From IMG/VR virus record IMGVR_UViG_3300030012_002778, positions 1 to 56,186 of that record: a DNA stretch of 56,186 nt; one strand, written 5' to 3'. Position 1 is the stretch's first letter; every line of letters begins with the position of its first letter. The notes below the pieces were generated by a model, which saw only the letters and a program-made list of their open reading frames with translations, did not search any database and was not told the DNA's origin. Position numbers and translations under genes: made by a program. Source of the DNA: a virus. Taxonomy: Duplodnaviria > Caudoviricetes. Shown piece by piece: positions 48,020-56,186 of the stretch.

Positions 48020-49280
48020 AAGAGAATTAGGCGAAGGCCGTTGGGATAAAGTATTGATGAGAAGAATGGTAAATTTATCCGTTGCTGATAATTACGATGA
48101 GGCTAAAGAAGAATGGTTAGCGACAGGTAATGTTTGGTGGCGTGGTAATGGAGAAATGCCTGATTGGGTTTCTAATTCACAATTAGGACAGGGCAAGTGT
48201 CTTTGTGGTCATACTGTAGTATATCATTTTGAGATTCTTAATACTGAAAATGGTATTAGAGAATGTGTTGGTAGTGACCATATCAATTCCTATCTAATTA
48301 TGCGACAGATTTCTCAAGAGAAAGGACAATCTATAGAAACAATTACTGAAGAACAAATCCAAGAATGGATTAATGTCCGTGTAGGTTCTATGAAAGCAGA
48401 AGCATGGTGGAAGGAAAACGGTGAATCATTTGAAATGATGTTCAACAAAATCAAAGAAATAGATGTTAGATATAACACTAGAAATCAATACAAAGAATAT
48501 CATTATGATAAAGATATTAGAGAATATGTCTACCCTAAGAAACTTAGAAAAAAGTCTGAAGGAGAGTTCGGGACACCTTATTACAAAATGGCTTCTATTG
48601 TTTGGAGATGGAATCACCCTGATAATCCTAAAAACCAACAGACAACTAGAGGCTATCCTAATGATAGGCTTATGCAAGATTTAGCCATATACTTTATTAA
48701 ATCAGAACCTCTTTTGGAGAAGATGAATAAAGAAAAGGAAAGAAGAAAGGCTAAGGTTCTAAAGGTTAAACAACTCATTGAAGAGGAAAAGATGAGAGAA
48801 CAAGAAAAGGCAAACGAAAGAAGAAAAAATGGCGCAATTTACAATTTACGAACTCTAATGCATAGTGCGAGCGATGATGTTTGGAATAATGAGAGCAAGT
48901 TAAAGCAACAACACCAACGAAAAATACTAGAAAAAAGACGGCTTAAAATGCAAGAAGAAAAGAAAATCGCTGATAATGAAATGCTTAGTTCTATGAATAA
49001 AACATTTGAAGATATGTGTGAATATTATGGTATGCCAGCATTTGATGAAACCTTCGCAGGTAATGAATGGGAAAGAGACTTTTTGGTATCAATTAAATAT
49101 TTATTAAATGACCAAAAAGAATTATCTCCTAGACAACTTCAAACTGCAAGGAGAATATTTGAGAATGACCCGCCTTCGGATGCTCAAGTAAAATACCTAA
49201 GAGATTTAGGCTATGAAGGCAAAATACCTAGCAAAAGATTTGCTAGTAAAAAAATAAAAGAAATAAAAGGAGAGAGATAA
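48012..49280 (+). CDS. Hypothetical protein with Zn-binding N-domain and coiled coil
   Basis: CLCGH...CVGSDH; C-terminal PSDAQVKYLRDLG. Confidence 0.75.
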   Translation: MVRRELGEGRWDKVLMRRMVNLSVADNYDEAKEEWLATGNVWWRGNGEMPDWVSNSQLGQGKCLCGHTVVYHFEILNTENGIRECVGSDHINSYLIMRQISQEKGQSIETITEEQIQEWINVRVGSMKAEAWWKENGESFEMMFNKIKEIDVRYNTRNQYKEYHYDKDIREYVYPKKLRKKSEGEFGTPYYKMASIVWRWNHPDNPKNQQTTRGYPNDRLMQDLAIYFIKSEPLLEKMNKEKERRKAKVLKVKQLIEEEKMREQEKANERRKNGAIYNLRTLMHSASDDVWNNESKLKQQHQRKILEKRRLKMQEEKKIADNEMLSSMNKTFEDMCEYYGMPAFDETFAGNEWERDFLVSIKYLLNDQKELSPRQLQTARRIFENDPPSDAQVKYLRDLGYEGKIPSKRFASKKIKEIKGER

Positions 49281-49281
49281 T

Positions 49282-49398
49282 ATGTTGAAAGCAATAAGTA
49301 AGTTTATTTTTTGGGCTGTGTTATTCGCAGTCTTTGGGAGTTTGTTAATTTTCTTTTTAGGAAATGACGAATACCTAACGAATGGGGGATTGGAATGA
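49282..49398 (+). CDS. 38-aa single-TM microprotein (not in ORF track)
   Basis: MLKAISKFIFWAVLFAVFGSLLIFFLGNDEYLTNGGLE*. Confidence 0.55.
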   Translation: MLKAISKFIFWAVLFAVFGSLLIFFLGNDEYLTNGGLE

Positions 49399-49447
49399 AC
49401 CCCTTTAAATATAAGAGGATAATAGGAAAAAATAGGAAAGTGATAAT

Positions 49448-49654
49448 ATGATTAAGTTAAGAATTTTGAATGAAACAGGACACACAGAAGTAGTGATGGA
49501 AAGCAGTGAAGTCATTGAGCAAATCAATACTCACCCAACACACTGGGTTTTTATTGACAGCGAAATGGTAGCAAGAGAAGAGATAGCAAATATAAACTGG
49601 GACGATGTTACATCTGTAGATTTGACTCCGGCTATTGTTGGAGGAAGTCTTTGA
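49448..49654 (+). CDS. Ubiquitin-like (beta-grasp) protein with masked di-Gly
   Basis: 68 aa ending VDLTPAIVGG-SL; own TATA promoter at 49397. Confidence 0.75.
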   Translation: MIKLRILNETGHTEVVMESSEVIEQINTHPTHWVFIDSEMVAREEIANINWDDVTSVDLTPAIVGGSL

Positions 49655-49678
49655 TTAGATAGTCCTAAAAATCCTCAC

Positions 49679-49716
49679 GGGGGGAAAAGCCGTGGGTCAC
49701 AATTGCTTTTCCCCCC
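49679..49716 (+). terminator. 12-bp perfect hairpin after Ubl gene
   Basis: ggggggaaaagc / gcttttcccccc. Confidence 0.6.
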
Positions 49717-49743
49717 TCCCTCATTCCTTAGTATGGTGTTTCT

Positions 49744-49905
49744 ATGAAAGAAAAGAATCCCCAATACGAAATCAATACAAGAAAAAACATGCGTATAGCG
49801 ACCCGATGTAGGGTCTGCGGTGGTCAGTTATTGACTGCTGAAGAAATTAAAAATGAAATACACGATAGATGTAATGTTGATAATACCAATATGTATATGA
49901 TGTGA
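49744..49905 (+). CDS. 53-aa Zn-finger microprotein (not in ORF track)
   Basis: RCRVCGGQL...IHDRC. Confidence 0.65.
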   Translation: MKEKNPQYEINTRKNMRIATRCRVCGGQLLTAEEIKNEIHDRCNVDNTNMYMM

Positions 49906-49909
49906 GATA

Positions 49910-51076
49910 ATGAAATTAAAAATAAGAAAACCAGATGACAGTAGCGAATACTATTCTACAGAAATAACCTGCACACAAGCATACACTTATGGAGACGAAA
50001 CAGTTGTTGGACTAGATAGAAGTGCCAAAGACCCTATTCATAGTGGGTTAGTTAGTTTTTGGAGAGGATGCCTTTCCTCTAAAAATCGTAATAGAGGATA
50101 TTTCTATATGCCGACTTCTTCTGATTATAATACAGTAATTATGGTGGGTAGTTGTCCCGTTGCTTTAGAAAAAAGAAATAATAGATTTTATGTTAATGGT
50201 AAAGCAGAAAGCCTATCTACTATTTGCCATGCCTTAGCGAGAGTAACATACAAGTCTTGTTTTGAAAAAGATGCCTCTAAGTTATTATTGGGGCTTTACA
50301 ATACCTTGGCCATTCCTGAAAATGTAAAGTATGTTCTAGAAAATAGACTACCATTTTCTTTTCATGAATATGAAACTAAATACGAAGTAAGACTACCCGT
50401 TCAAATGATAGGAACCGATGAAGTCGCTATAGAAATAGCAGATGGTGTTTGGGGAACTATGTCTGTAAAAACACTAGACAAACTATGTGTGTTTCTTGTA
50501 GAAGGCAAGAAAAGAAGTAAGTTAAAATTTATTTCTCCTAGAAAACTATATTCTATGACGATGGGTAGAGAACCATTAGATTCTGAACTCAAAGTTATGA
50601 TAGAGTTTCTTAAACAAAATAGAATGCAAGATTTAGTTGAAAGACGAGCAATACAATTAGTTAATGATTTATTAGCACAACACCCTGACAGGCTTAAAGC
50701 AGAATACGATGAAGATACCCTACATCGTTTATATGTTCGTGGTAAAGAACATGATTGGATGTTAGAAAATAATAGATATAAATCAGATATTCAAATGGTT
50801 TCTACTTATATTTGGCAACCAGTTGTTTCCTTTGAAAAGATTCTCAACGATGAAGGAGAACCAACGGGCGAAGAAATCAAGATAGTAGATAATCCTAAAT
50901 GGCAAGGGCCAATATGTATAGATAACATGGCTAAAGGTTCTCCATTAGGCGACCAATTTGCCGCTAGAGCATTGGCTCTACTAAATGATACTTTTACAAT
51001 AACAATAGTGAATACAATAAAGCGGTATATTACCGCTAATGCCAATGAATATAGAGTTGATTTTAATGAAATGTAA
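49910..51076 (+). CDS. Hypothetical protein in Ubl cluster; candidate E2-like/conjugation factor
   Basis: C-terminal LYVRG...GPICIDN...GDQFAARALALLND with an exposed-looking Cys; function inferred from context only. Confidence 0.4.
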   Translation: MKLKIRKPDDSSEYYSTEITCTQAYTYGDETVVGLDRSAKDPIHSGLVSFWRGCLSSKNRNRGYFYMPTSSDYNTVIMVGSCPVALEKRNNRFYVNGKAESLSTICHALARVTYKSCFEKDASKLLLGLYNTLAIPENVKYVLENRLPFSFHEYETKYEVRLPVQMIGTDEVAIEIADGVWGTMSVKTLDKLCVFLVEGKKRSKLKFISPRKLYSMTMGREPLDSELKVMIEFLKQNRMQDLVERRAIQLVNDLLAQHPDRLKAEYDEDTLHRLYVRGKEHDWMLENNRYKSDIQMVSTYIWQPVVSFEKILNDEGEPTGEEIKIVDNPKWQGPICIDNMAKGSPLGDQFAARALALLNDTFTITIVNTIKRYITANANEYRVDFNEM

Positions 51077-51920
51077 AGAATGCGGTTCAACAGAAATAAC
51101 CTTTGACGAGAGGTTAGGAGAGAAGTGTTGTGCAGAATGCGGCTTAGTTATTATAACGGGTATGTTTGAAGAAACAGTTAATCCTATAGAAAGAGGAGAT
51201 AACTATTCTCTAAAGCATAGTGCTGACAAAGGAAGATTAGGTTCTCTAGTAGTGGGTAAAGGTGCATCTAAATATAATAGGCATAATCCAGTATTGCCTA
51301 GAAATGTTATCAACGGTATTACTCATTGTAACATGGTTATGGCTAATCTAAGACTACCAATTAATCTTGCAGAAAGAATACAGAAAGCATACTTAGAATT
51401 ATACAATAGCCATACTCTTAGGAACTTTACTTTAGAAGAAAGAGCGACTGCTATAGTTTACTATCTTCTAAAAGAAAACAGAACCCCTCATCCTCTCAAA
51501 GATGTTGCGAAAGAATTTGATGTTAAACTAAATAGAACTAAAAAACTAATTAGAAAAATAAATCAGTTTTATCGTAACTCTATACATTATTCTATAGATG
51601 ATAGTTCCTATCTTATTGAGCAAACGGCTAGAAAAATAACCGATGAACCGCAATTTGTTTATCAGTGTAATAAAGTAATGCAGAAGTTTGAGACGCTAAT
51701 AGTAAATAGTAACTTCAATAAGTCTAGATGTTATTATGCGGCCATATGTGTATTAGCCTCTACCATATTTGTTAGAGGATATTCTTGTAAGTTCATATCT
51801 GAACAAACAGGATTTCATAGAACTAAGATAGGTAAAGAATGTAAGAACTTACTTACATTATTAGGTGTAGAATCTTTAAAAGATATTAAAGGAAAAGAAT
51901 TGAATAAATTAGGTGAATAA
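51066..51920 (+). CDS. tfb: Transcription initiation factor IIB (TFB)-like protein
   Basis: N-terminal Zn ribbon CKECGS...GEKCCAECGLVI; two cyclin-fold repeats (ATAIVYY...RTPHPLKDVA; YYAAICVLA). Confidence 0.85.
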   Translation: MKCKECGSTEITFDERLGEKCCAECGLVIITGMFEETVNPIERGDNYSLKHSADKGRLGSLVVGKGASKYNRHNPVLPRNVINGITHCNMVMANLRLPINLAERIQKAYLELYNSHTLRNFTLEERATAIVYYLLKENRTPHPLKDVAKEFDVKLNRTKKLIRKINQFYRNSIHYSIDDSSYLIEQTARKITDEPQFVYQCNKVMQKFETLIVNSNFNKSRCYYAAICVLASTIFVRGYSCKFISEQTGFHRTKIGKECKNLLTLLGVESLKDIKGKELNKLGE

Positions 51921-52485
51921 AATGAAAAGAAAAATATTAGTAATTGGAGCAGGTGGAATAGGGAGTTTTCTTATTCCTGTATTAGATAGAGTAGGTTTGT
52001 ATGATATTACAGTAGCCGACCCTGATAAGGTAGAAACAAAGAATCTACCATATCAAAACTTTAGCAAAGAGGCAGTCAGTGTAAATAAGGCTAAATGGCA
52101 AGAAGTTTCTTATGATTCTGTTAAAAATTATAGTGCATATCCTATTCTTAGTGAAAAACAAATGCAAGGATATGACTTGGTTATTTGTTGTGTAGATAAT
52201 ATCGGACTAAGAAGAACTATGTATAACTGTAAAGATTTGAAATGGTTAGATTTGAGAGCGCAAGGCCGTAATGCGGCTATGGTATCTTATACTGCTGACC
52301 CTAAAATGTATGATACATTGTTAGCAGGTGAAGAAAGGTCATTTAGTTGTCAGGGCGATTCATGGGATGGCTCAAATAAAGGAGTTCATTTCATGCAAGT
52401 TGCTATTGCAGGAATGGGCGCACAATGGATTCAGCGTTGGTTTAACGATGAAGAAGTTTGTGATTTTAAGGTGGTGAATGTATGA
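51913..52485 (+). CDS. ThiF/E1-like ubiquitin-activating enzyme (minimal)
   Basis: IGAGGIG, DPDKVETKNL..Q, DLVICCVDN, DLR, SCQ. Confidence 0.85.
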   Translation: MNKMKRKILVIGAGGIGSFLIPVLDRVGLYDITVADPDKVETKNLPYQNFSKEAVSVNKAKWQEVSYDSVKNYSAYPILSEKQMQGYDLVICCVDNIGLRRTMYNCKDLKWLDLRAQGRNAAMVSYTADPKMYDTLLAGEERSFSCQGDSWDGSNKGVHFMQVAIAGMGAQWIQRWFNDEEVCDFKVVNV

Positions 52486-52772
52486 GCGTGAGAGAATTAG
52501 AGCGCAGGACTCACCAAAGGAGGATGAGTAAGCGTATGAAAAAACACATAGAAATCATGATGAATGACGGTAAGCCTCGTAATATATCACAAATACTTGA
52601 TGCACTGTATGAGAGCAGAAAAAGAAATACACACATGCCGACTAGACAAGAATTGATTAATTTCTTGACCAAGAACTATTCAAAAGAGATGCGTTATGAA
52701 AGGCATCCGTTGTCGTTATCAATTTCAGACGAAAACATACGCACACCGTATTTTAGGAAAGTGATAGAATGA
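52482..52772 (+). CDS. Basic wHTH-like protein
   Basis: GKPRNISQILDAL...PTRQELINFL. Confidence 0.55.
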   Translation: MSVRELERRTHQRRMSKRMKKHIEIMMNDGKPRNISQILDALYESRKRNTHMPTRQELINFLTKNYSKEMRYERHPLSLSISDENIRTPYFRKVIE

Positions 52773-53053
52773 TACCAAAATGGGATGATTTAGTTTATAC
52801 AAATAAAGATGATGCTCTCTATATTTTTGTGGCTAAATTAAGACAAACACTACCTGATGTCTTAGAGTCGTTAAGAATAGTAGTCTTGTTAGATAATCTA
52901 ACAGATGATGAGCGTTCTGTTATGGCTACTGTTCTTAACTCACTTGAAGAGTTAGGAACAGACTTTAGAGATAGCGAGTTAGTTACAGCATGGGAAGGTG
53001 CTAAAGATGAATTAGATAAACTTCCAAAATGGAAAAACAATGGTTATTGGTGA
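52769..53053 (+). CDS. Hypothetical protein
   Basis: Coupled ORF. Confidence 0.7.
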   Translation: MIPKWDDLVYTNKDDALYIFVAKLRQTLPDVLESLRIVVLLDNLTDDERSVMATVLNSLEELGTDFRDSELVTAWEGAKDELDKLPKWKNNGYW

Positions 53054-53058
53054 TTAAA

Positions 53059-54060
53059 ATGGTAAAATGGACGAGAGAACAGGAAATATATGCATTAAGA
53101 AGTAAAAGAAAGGGATATTCAATCAACAAAATATCAAAGTTGATGAAAAAAAGATATGGTGTAAATAGAAAGTATCATTCTATTTACACTAAGATAAACA
53201 AACTTGAGAAAAAGAATACTATCATTCCCAAAGTAAAAAGTTATATGAAACATGCTAAATACACACAGGAACAAATAGATTTTGTTCATCTTTGTAAGTT
53301 TAATGGTATGCCTCTTGCTAGAATTAGTTTAGCCTTTTACGAACAATTTGGTATTGAAGTTAATCTAAGGCAGATTAATTATTTATTTTATCGTAAGGTT
53401 CCCGCAGATGAAAGGCTGTTTTCTAATGCTCCTGCTATTCAAAAAGAATTAGCACAAGGAAAACTACTACAGGAATTAGAAAAGCCAACAAAGAAACCAA
53501 AAACAAAAGCACCAAAGAGATACACTAAGAAGGAAATAGCCTTGATTAGTAGTTGTAAGAGTGCTAAAGATGCGGAAAAACTTTCTAGTATACTTAAAAG
53601 AAGCAAGGATGCTTTAAATCGTCAGTGGTATTATATCAAGGAGAAAGAAACTATGAGCCAAGACTGGGAAACAAAATCTAAGAAAAAGGCGAAGCCAACG
53701 GTAAAGAAAAACATTCAATCTGTGCAAGAAGAATGGAATAAATTTAAAGACTTAGATTTGTTAATTAATTTCTATGACCTTTCCATAGATGAGGCTAAAG
53801 CACGATATGGATTTTCATATGAAATAATAGCGGGGAGGTTAGAACATTTAATAAACTCAAATAACCCCGACAATATTGCCCTAGTTATAGAAGCCACTAG
53901 AGCCGTCAATGAGCGTAAGTCACAACAGCCTACTGAAACAAAACCAAGCCGCAGACAACTAAGGAAAGAGCGAAAGATGGCAAAGAAAGAAGCAAGGCAG
54001 AAGAAAAGAATCGAAAGAATGGAAAAGAGACTAAAGAAATTAAGAGGTGAAAAGAAATGA
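53059..54060 (+). CDS. Myb/HTH-repeat DNA-binding protein
   Basis: Repeated W/Y-T-x-E-[QE] starts (KWTREQE, KYTQEQI, RYTKKEI); very basic. Confidence 0.6.
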   Translation: MVKWTREQEIYALRSKRKGYSINKISKLMKKRYGVNRKYHSIYTKINKLEKKNTIIPKVKSYMKHAKYTQEQIDFVHLCKFNGMPLARISLAFYEQFGIEVNLRQINYLFYRKVPADERLFSNAPAIQKELAQGKLLQELEKPTKKPKTKAPKRYTKKEIALISSCKSAKDAEKLSSILKRSKDALNRQWYYIKEKETMSQDWETKSKKKAKPTVKKNIQSVQEEWNKFKDLDLLINFYDLSIDEAKARYGFSYEIIAGRLEHLINSNNPDNIALVIEATRAVNERKSQQPTETKPSRRQLRKERKMAKKEARQKKRIERMEKRLKKLRGEKK

Positions 54061-54689
54061 GTAGAACAGGAGATTGGTTTATGAGAGTTCATGGCGACCA
54101 TGACGATGATGATGGCTATAATGAATTTGAGGAACAATCCGAATTAGATTATTGGAGAGAAAGGGCTGAACAGCATATTTTGGAGAAATGGTTTCATAAT
54201 GCTAATTTAGAGTTAGAATCAGTTAATCATCATAATGATTGGGAAATGACTTGGGAAGACCGAGATAAATTTGATTTTGCATATGCTAGAAGTGAAGATT
54301 TCTTTAGTGCTATTTGGCATGCTTCTACAGAAATATTGCCGGGTCTTGAGGTTCAAGTGGTAATTGACGGTAAGAATAACTGTTATGTTACAACTGGTTC
54401 TCCGGGCTATGTAGAGTTTGGAATGCAACCTCCTATTGGTATGAGTTTACCGATTAAGTGTTGGATTCATACTCATCCATTTGGTAGTGCTTATTTTAGT
54501 GGTGTAGATATTAAAACAGTAAGTCAGTGGCAACCTCTAATGAAAGAGGCTTTTGTTTTAGGTGGTTGGGAATATCAACACTACGGTTGGTGGCAACAAG
54601 CCAAACCAAAACAATTAGCAATCTACCGTAATGGTCAATTAGAAAGAATGCAATATTGGGGTCAAGAGTCGGAGAGTGAAGAAGAGTGA
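54057..54689 (+). CDS. JAB/MPN+ metalloprotease (deubiquitinase-like)
   Basis: E...WIHTHPFGSAYFSGVD, the JAMM motif. Confidence 0.88.
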   Translation: MSRTGDWFMRVHGDHDDDDGYNEFEEQSELDYWRERAEQHILEKWFHNANLELESVNHHNDWEMTWEDRDKFDFAYARSEDFFSAIWHASTEILPGLEVQVVIDGKNNCYVTTGSPGYVEFGMQPPIGMSLPIKCWIHTHPFGSAYFSGVDIKTVSQWQPLMKEAFVLGGWEYQHYGWWQQAKPKQLAIYRNGQLERMQYWGQESESEEE

Positions 54690-55003
54690 CTTATCCAAAA
54701 GAAACTGTATTCAAAATGGACTACTTAATAGCAATTAAACGAATCAAAAAGAAAATAGACGAAGGTAATGGAACTCCCTTTGATGATGCGGCTCTAGAAA
54801 TGCTTGAGAATGCGTTAAAGGAAAAACAGGAGTCTGATTCTGTTTGGATGGGTGATGAACAATTAAAAGACAAAACAAAAATCATGATTTGTGTTTTTTG
54901 TGATGTAGAAGCGAATGATGATTTAGGTTATTGGTCTTGTAGTAAGTGTGAAGACTATGATGGAATAGAAGAAGTAGATGCAAAAGAATATTATGGGGAA
55001 TAA
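54686..55003 (+). CDS. Zn-ribbon protein
   Basis: CVFC...CSKC. Confidence 0.65.
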   Translation: MTYPKETVFKMDYLIAIKRIKKKIDEGNGTPFDDAALEMLENALKEKQESDSVWMGDEQLKDKTKIMICVFCDVEANDDLGYWSCSKCEDYDGIEEVDAKEYYGE

Positions 55004-55005
55004 AT

Positions 55006-55263
55006 ATGTATAATAAGAGAAAAGAAAAGAAATACGCAGAAGTAGTTGAGGTTGTTGAGGCCAAGACATTAACAGATAAAATTAGAGAACATAGAGAAAG
55101 ACATCCGAATGACAATAATACTAAAAAAATCAACAAAGGGATAGTTTGGAAAAAACCAACTCAAAAAGATAAGCAGTTGAAAGAATTTTACAAAGCAAAT
55201 GTTTGGACTTCTTTTGGTTCTAACGGTTGGGTTGCTTTACCTATAGAGGATGAAGAACAATGA
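55006..55263 (+). CDS. Hypothetical basic protein
   Basis: Coupled ORF. Confidence 0.65.
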   Translation: MYNKRKEKKYAEVVEVVEAKTLTDKIREHRERHPNDNNTKKINKGIVWKKPTQKDKQLKEFYKANVWTSFGSNGWVALPIEDEEQ

Positions 55264-55640
55264 CTTGGTGTAGAAATATGACTTACGATGGCATAAAAAA
55301 GAGAAGAATATTAGTTCCTAAGATGAAACTTAGAGAGCGAATTGATGAACCAGTTGTTGAACCAAAGAAATATAATTTCACAGATGAATACAGGAAATTG
55401 ATGAAGTCTTTGAAAGCACAAGATGAAAAGCAAAAAGCAAAACAAGACGAAGTTGATTACAAAAAATTGTATGAAGAACTTAAAGAAGAGCATGAAAATC
55501 TTAAGCAACAGTTAGAAAATAACAATCAAACCCTTAGCGGAAATAGCAACATACAGATTTCAGCAGGTAAAGATGTAAATATAACAATAAGCGAAGGAGA
55601 TAAATTTAGCGATTCAGTAAATATGGAGGAAAGAAAATGA
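55260..55640 (+). CDS. Coiled-coil hypothetical protein
   Basis: DYKKLYEELKEEHENLKQQL. Confidence 0.65.
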   Translation: MTWCRNMTYDGIKKRRILVPKMKLRERIDEPVVEPKKYNFTDEYRKLMKSLKAQDEKQKAKQDEVDYKKLYEELKEEHENLKQQLENNNQTLSGNSNIQISAGKDVNITISEGDKFSDSVNMEERK

Positions 55641-55852
55641 AAGCAGTAGGAGAATATGTAATAGTAGAGCAAGAAGTATCGTCGGCAAGCAGAATTATGA
55701 TTAAAGAGAATAATGTTGGGAAAGTGATTGATTGTCAAATAGACAAATCACTCATTGGTAAAACTGTTATCTTTAGTGAAGCGAAGACGATACAAGAATA
55801 TGATGGATATAAGTTTGTGCCAATAGCACAAGTAATGGCGGTGATTGAATGA
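55637..55852 (+). CDS. groES: GroES/Cpn10-like co-chaperonin
   Basis: MKAVGEYVIVE...GKVI...GKTVIF...YKFV....VMAVIE, the Cpn10 layout. Confidence 0.7.
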   Translation: MKAVGEYVIVEQEVSSASRIMIKENNVGKVIDCQIDKSLIGKTVIFSEAKTIQEYDGYKFVPIAQVMAVIE

Positions 55853-56121
55853 TTGATACAGACAAATACGAAGGATACTCACAAACAACAAAGACGGGGC
55901 GTTGGAAGCGTAGTGCTACAACCGGCTTCAAAAGCGAATCAGTTTTTGATAAAAATGGAAAACAAATTGCTTCTGTGAAATTAGCGGGCTATGATACAAA
56001 GAGAGTTAAAGAAACATACGCCAATTTACTACTCATAACAGACGCACCAAAACTTCTATCCGAAGTTAAGCGATTGCGTGGCCTACTTGATGAGATAAAG
56101 GAGAGTGGATTGAATGAATGA
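55849..56121 (+). CDS. Hypothetical phage protein
   Basis: ANLLLITDAPKLLSEV motif common in small phage proteins. Confidence 0.65.
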   Translation: MIDTDKYEGYSQTTKTGRWKRSATTGFKSESVFDKNGKQIASVKLAGYDTKRVKETYANLLLITDAPKLLSEVKRLRGLLDEIKESGLNE

Positions 56122-56186
56122 TATAGAATTATACGAAGATATTTTGATAAGAATGATTGATGTAACAGAAGATGGAGATTTATTTA

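Noticed and set aside
41413-55738. Minus-strand ORFs in the right arm
   Set aside because: Antisense to tightly coupled plus-strand genes.

Overview
The window is a 56-kb part of a large, AT-rich tailed (Caudoviricetes) archaeal virus genome. It is most similar in gene content to marine Poseidoniales (Marine Group II) 'magroviruses'. That host and lineage call is inferred from the archaeal TFIIB, the TATA/BRE promoters, the GGTGA-type ribosome-binding sites and the ligase/GroES content, not from a database search. Left arm (1-35.5 kb, minus strand): tail and head-tail genes, an Arf/Sar-like small GTPase plus membrane-protein cluster, HK97-type capsid, prohead protease-scaffold, ATP-dependent DNA ligase, portal, HMG-CoA lyase-like enzyme, a LAGLIDADG-Nudix fusion and terminase. 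These are followed by a long run of genes sharing a W-x-x-[IV]-[LI]-K peptide tag that also resembles the scaffold C-terminus. Centre (35.9-40.5 kb): an array of eight self-contained cassettes delimited by a ~30-bp palindromic CAAAG..ACCATATGGT..CTTTG element. The cassettes carry an Ocr-like DNA mimic, paralogous proteins with end-pairing UTRs, and one ORF-free structured cassette. A nested inverted-repeat region (40.6-41.0 kb, candidate origin) marks the strand switch. Right arm (41-56 kb, plus strand): SF1 helicase, GNAT, pyrimidine-dimer glycosylase-like protein, a ubiquitin-like conjugation set (Ubl, E1/ThiF, JAB, candidate E2-like) interleaved with TFIIB, and GroES. All calls come from reading motifs by eye.
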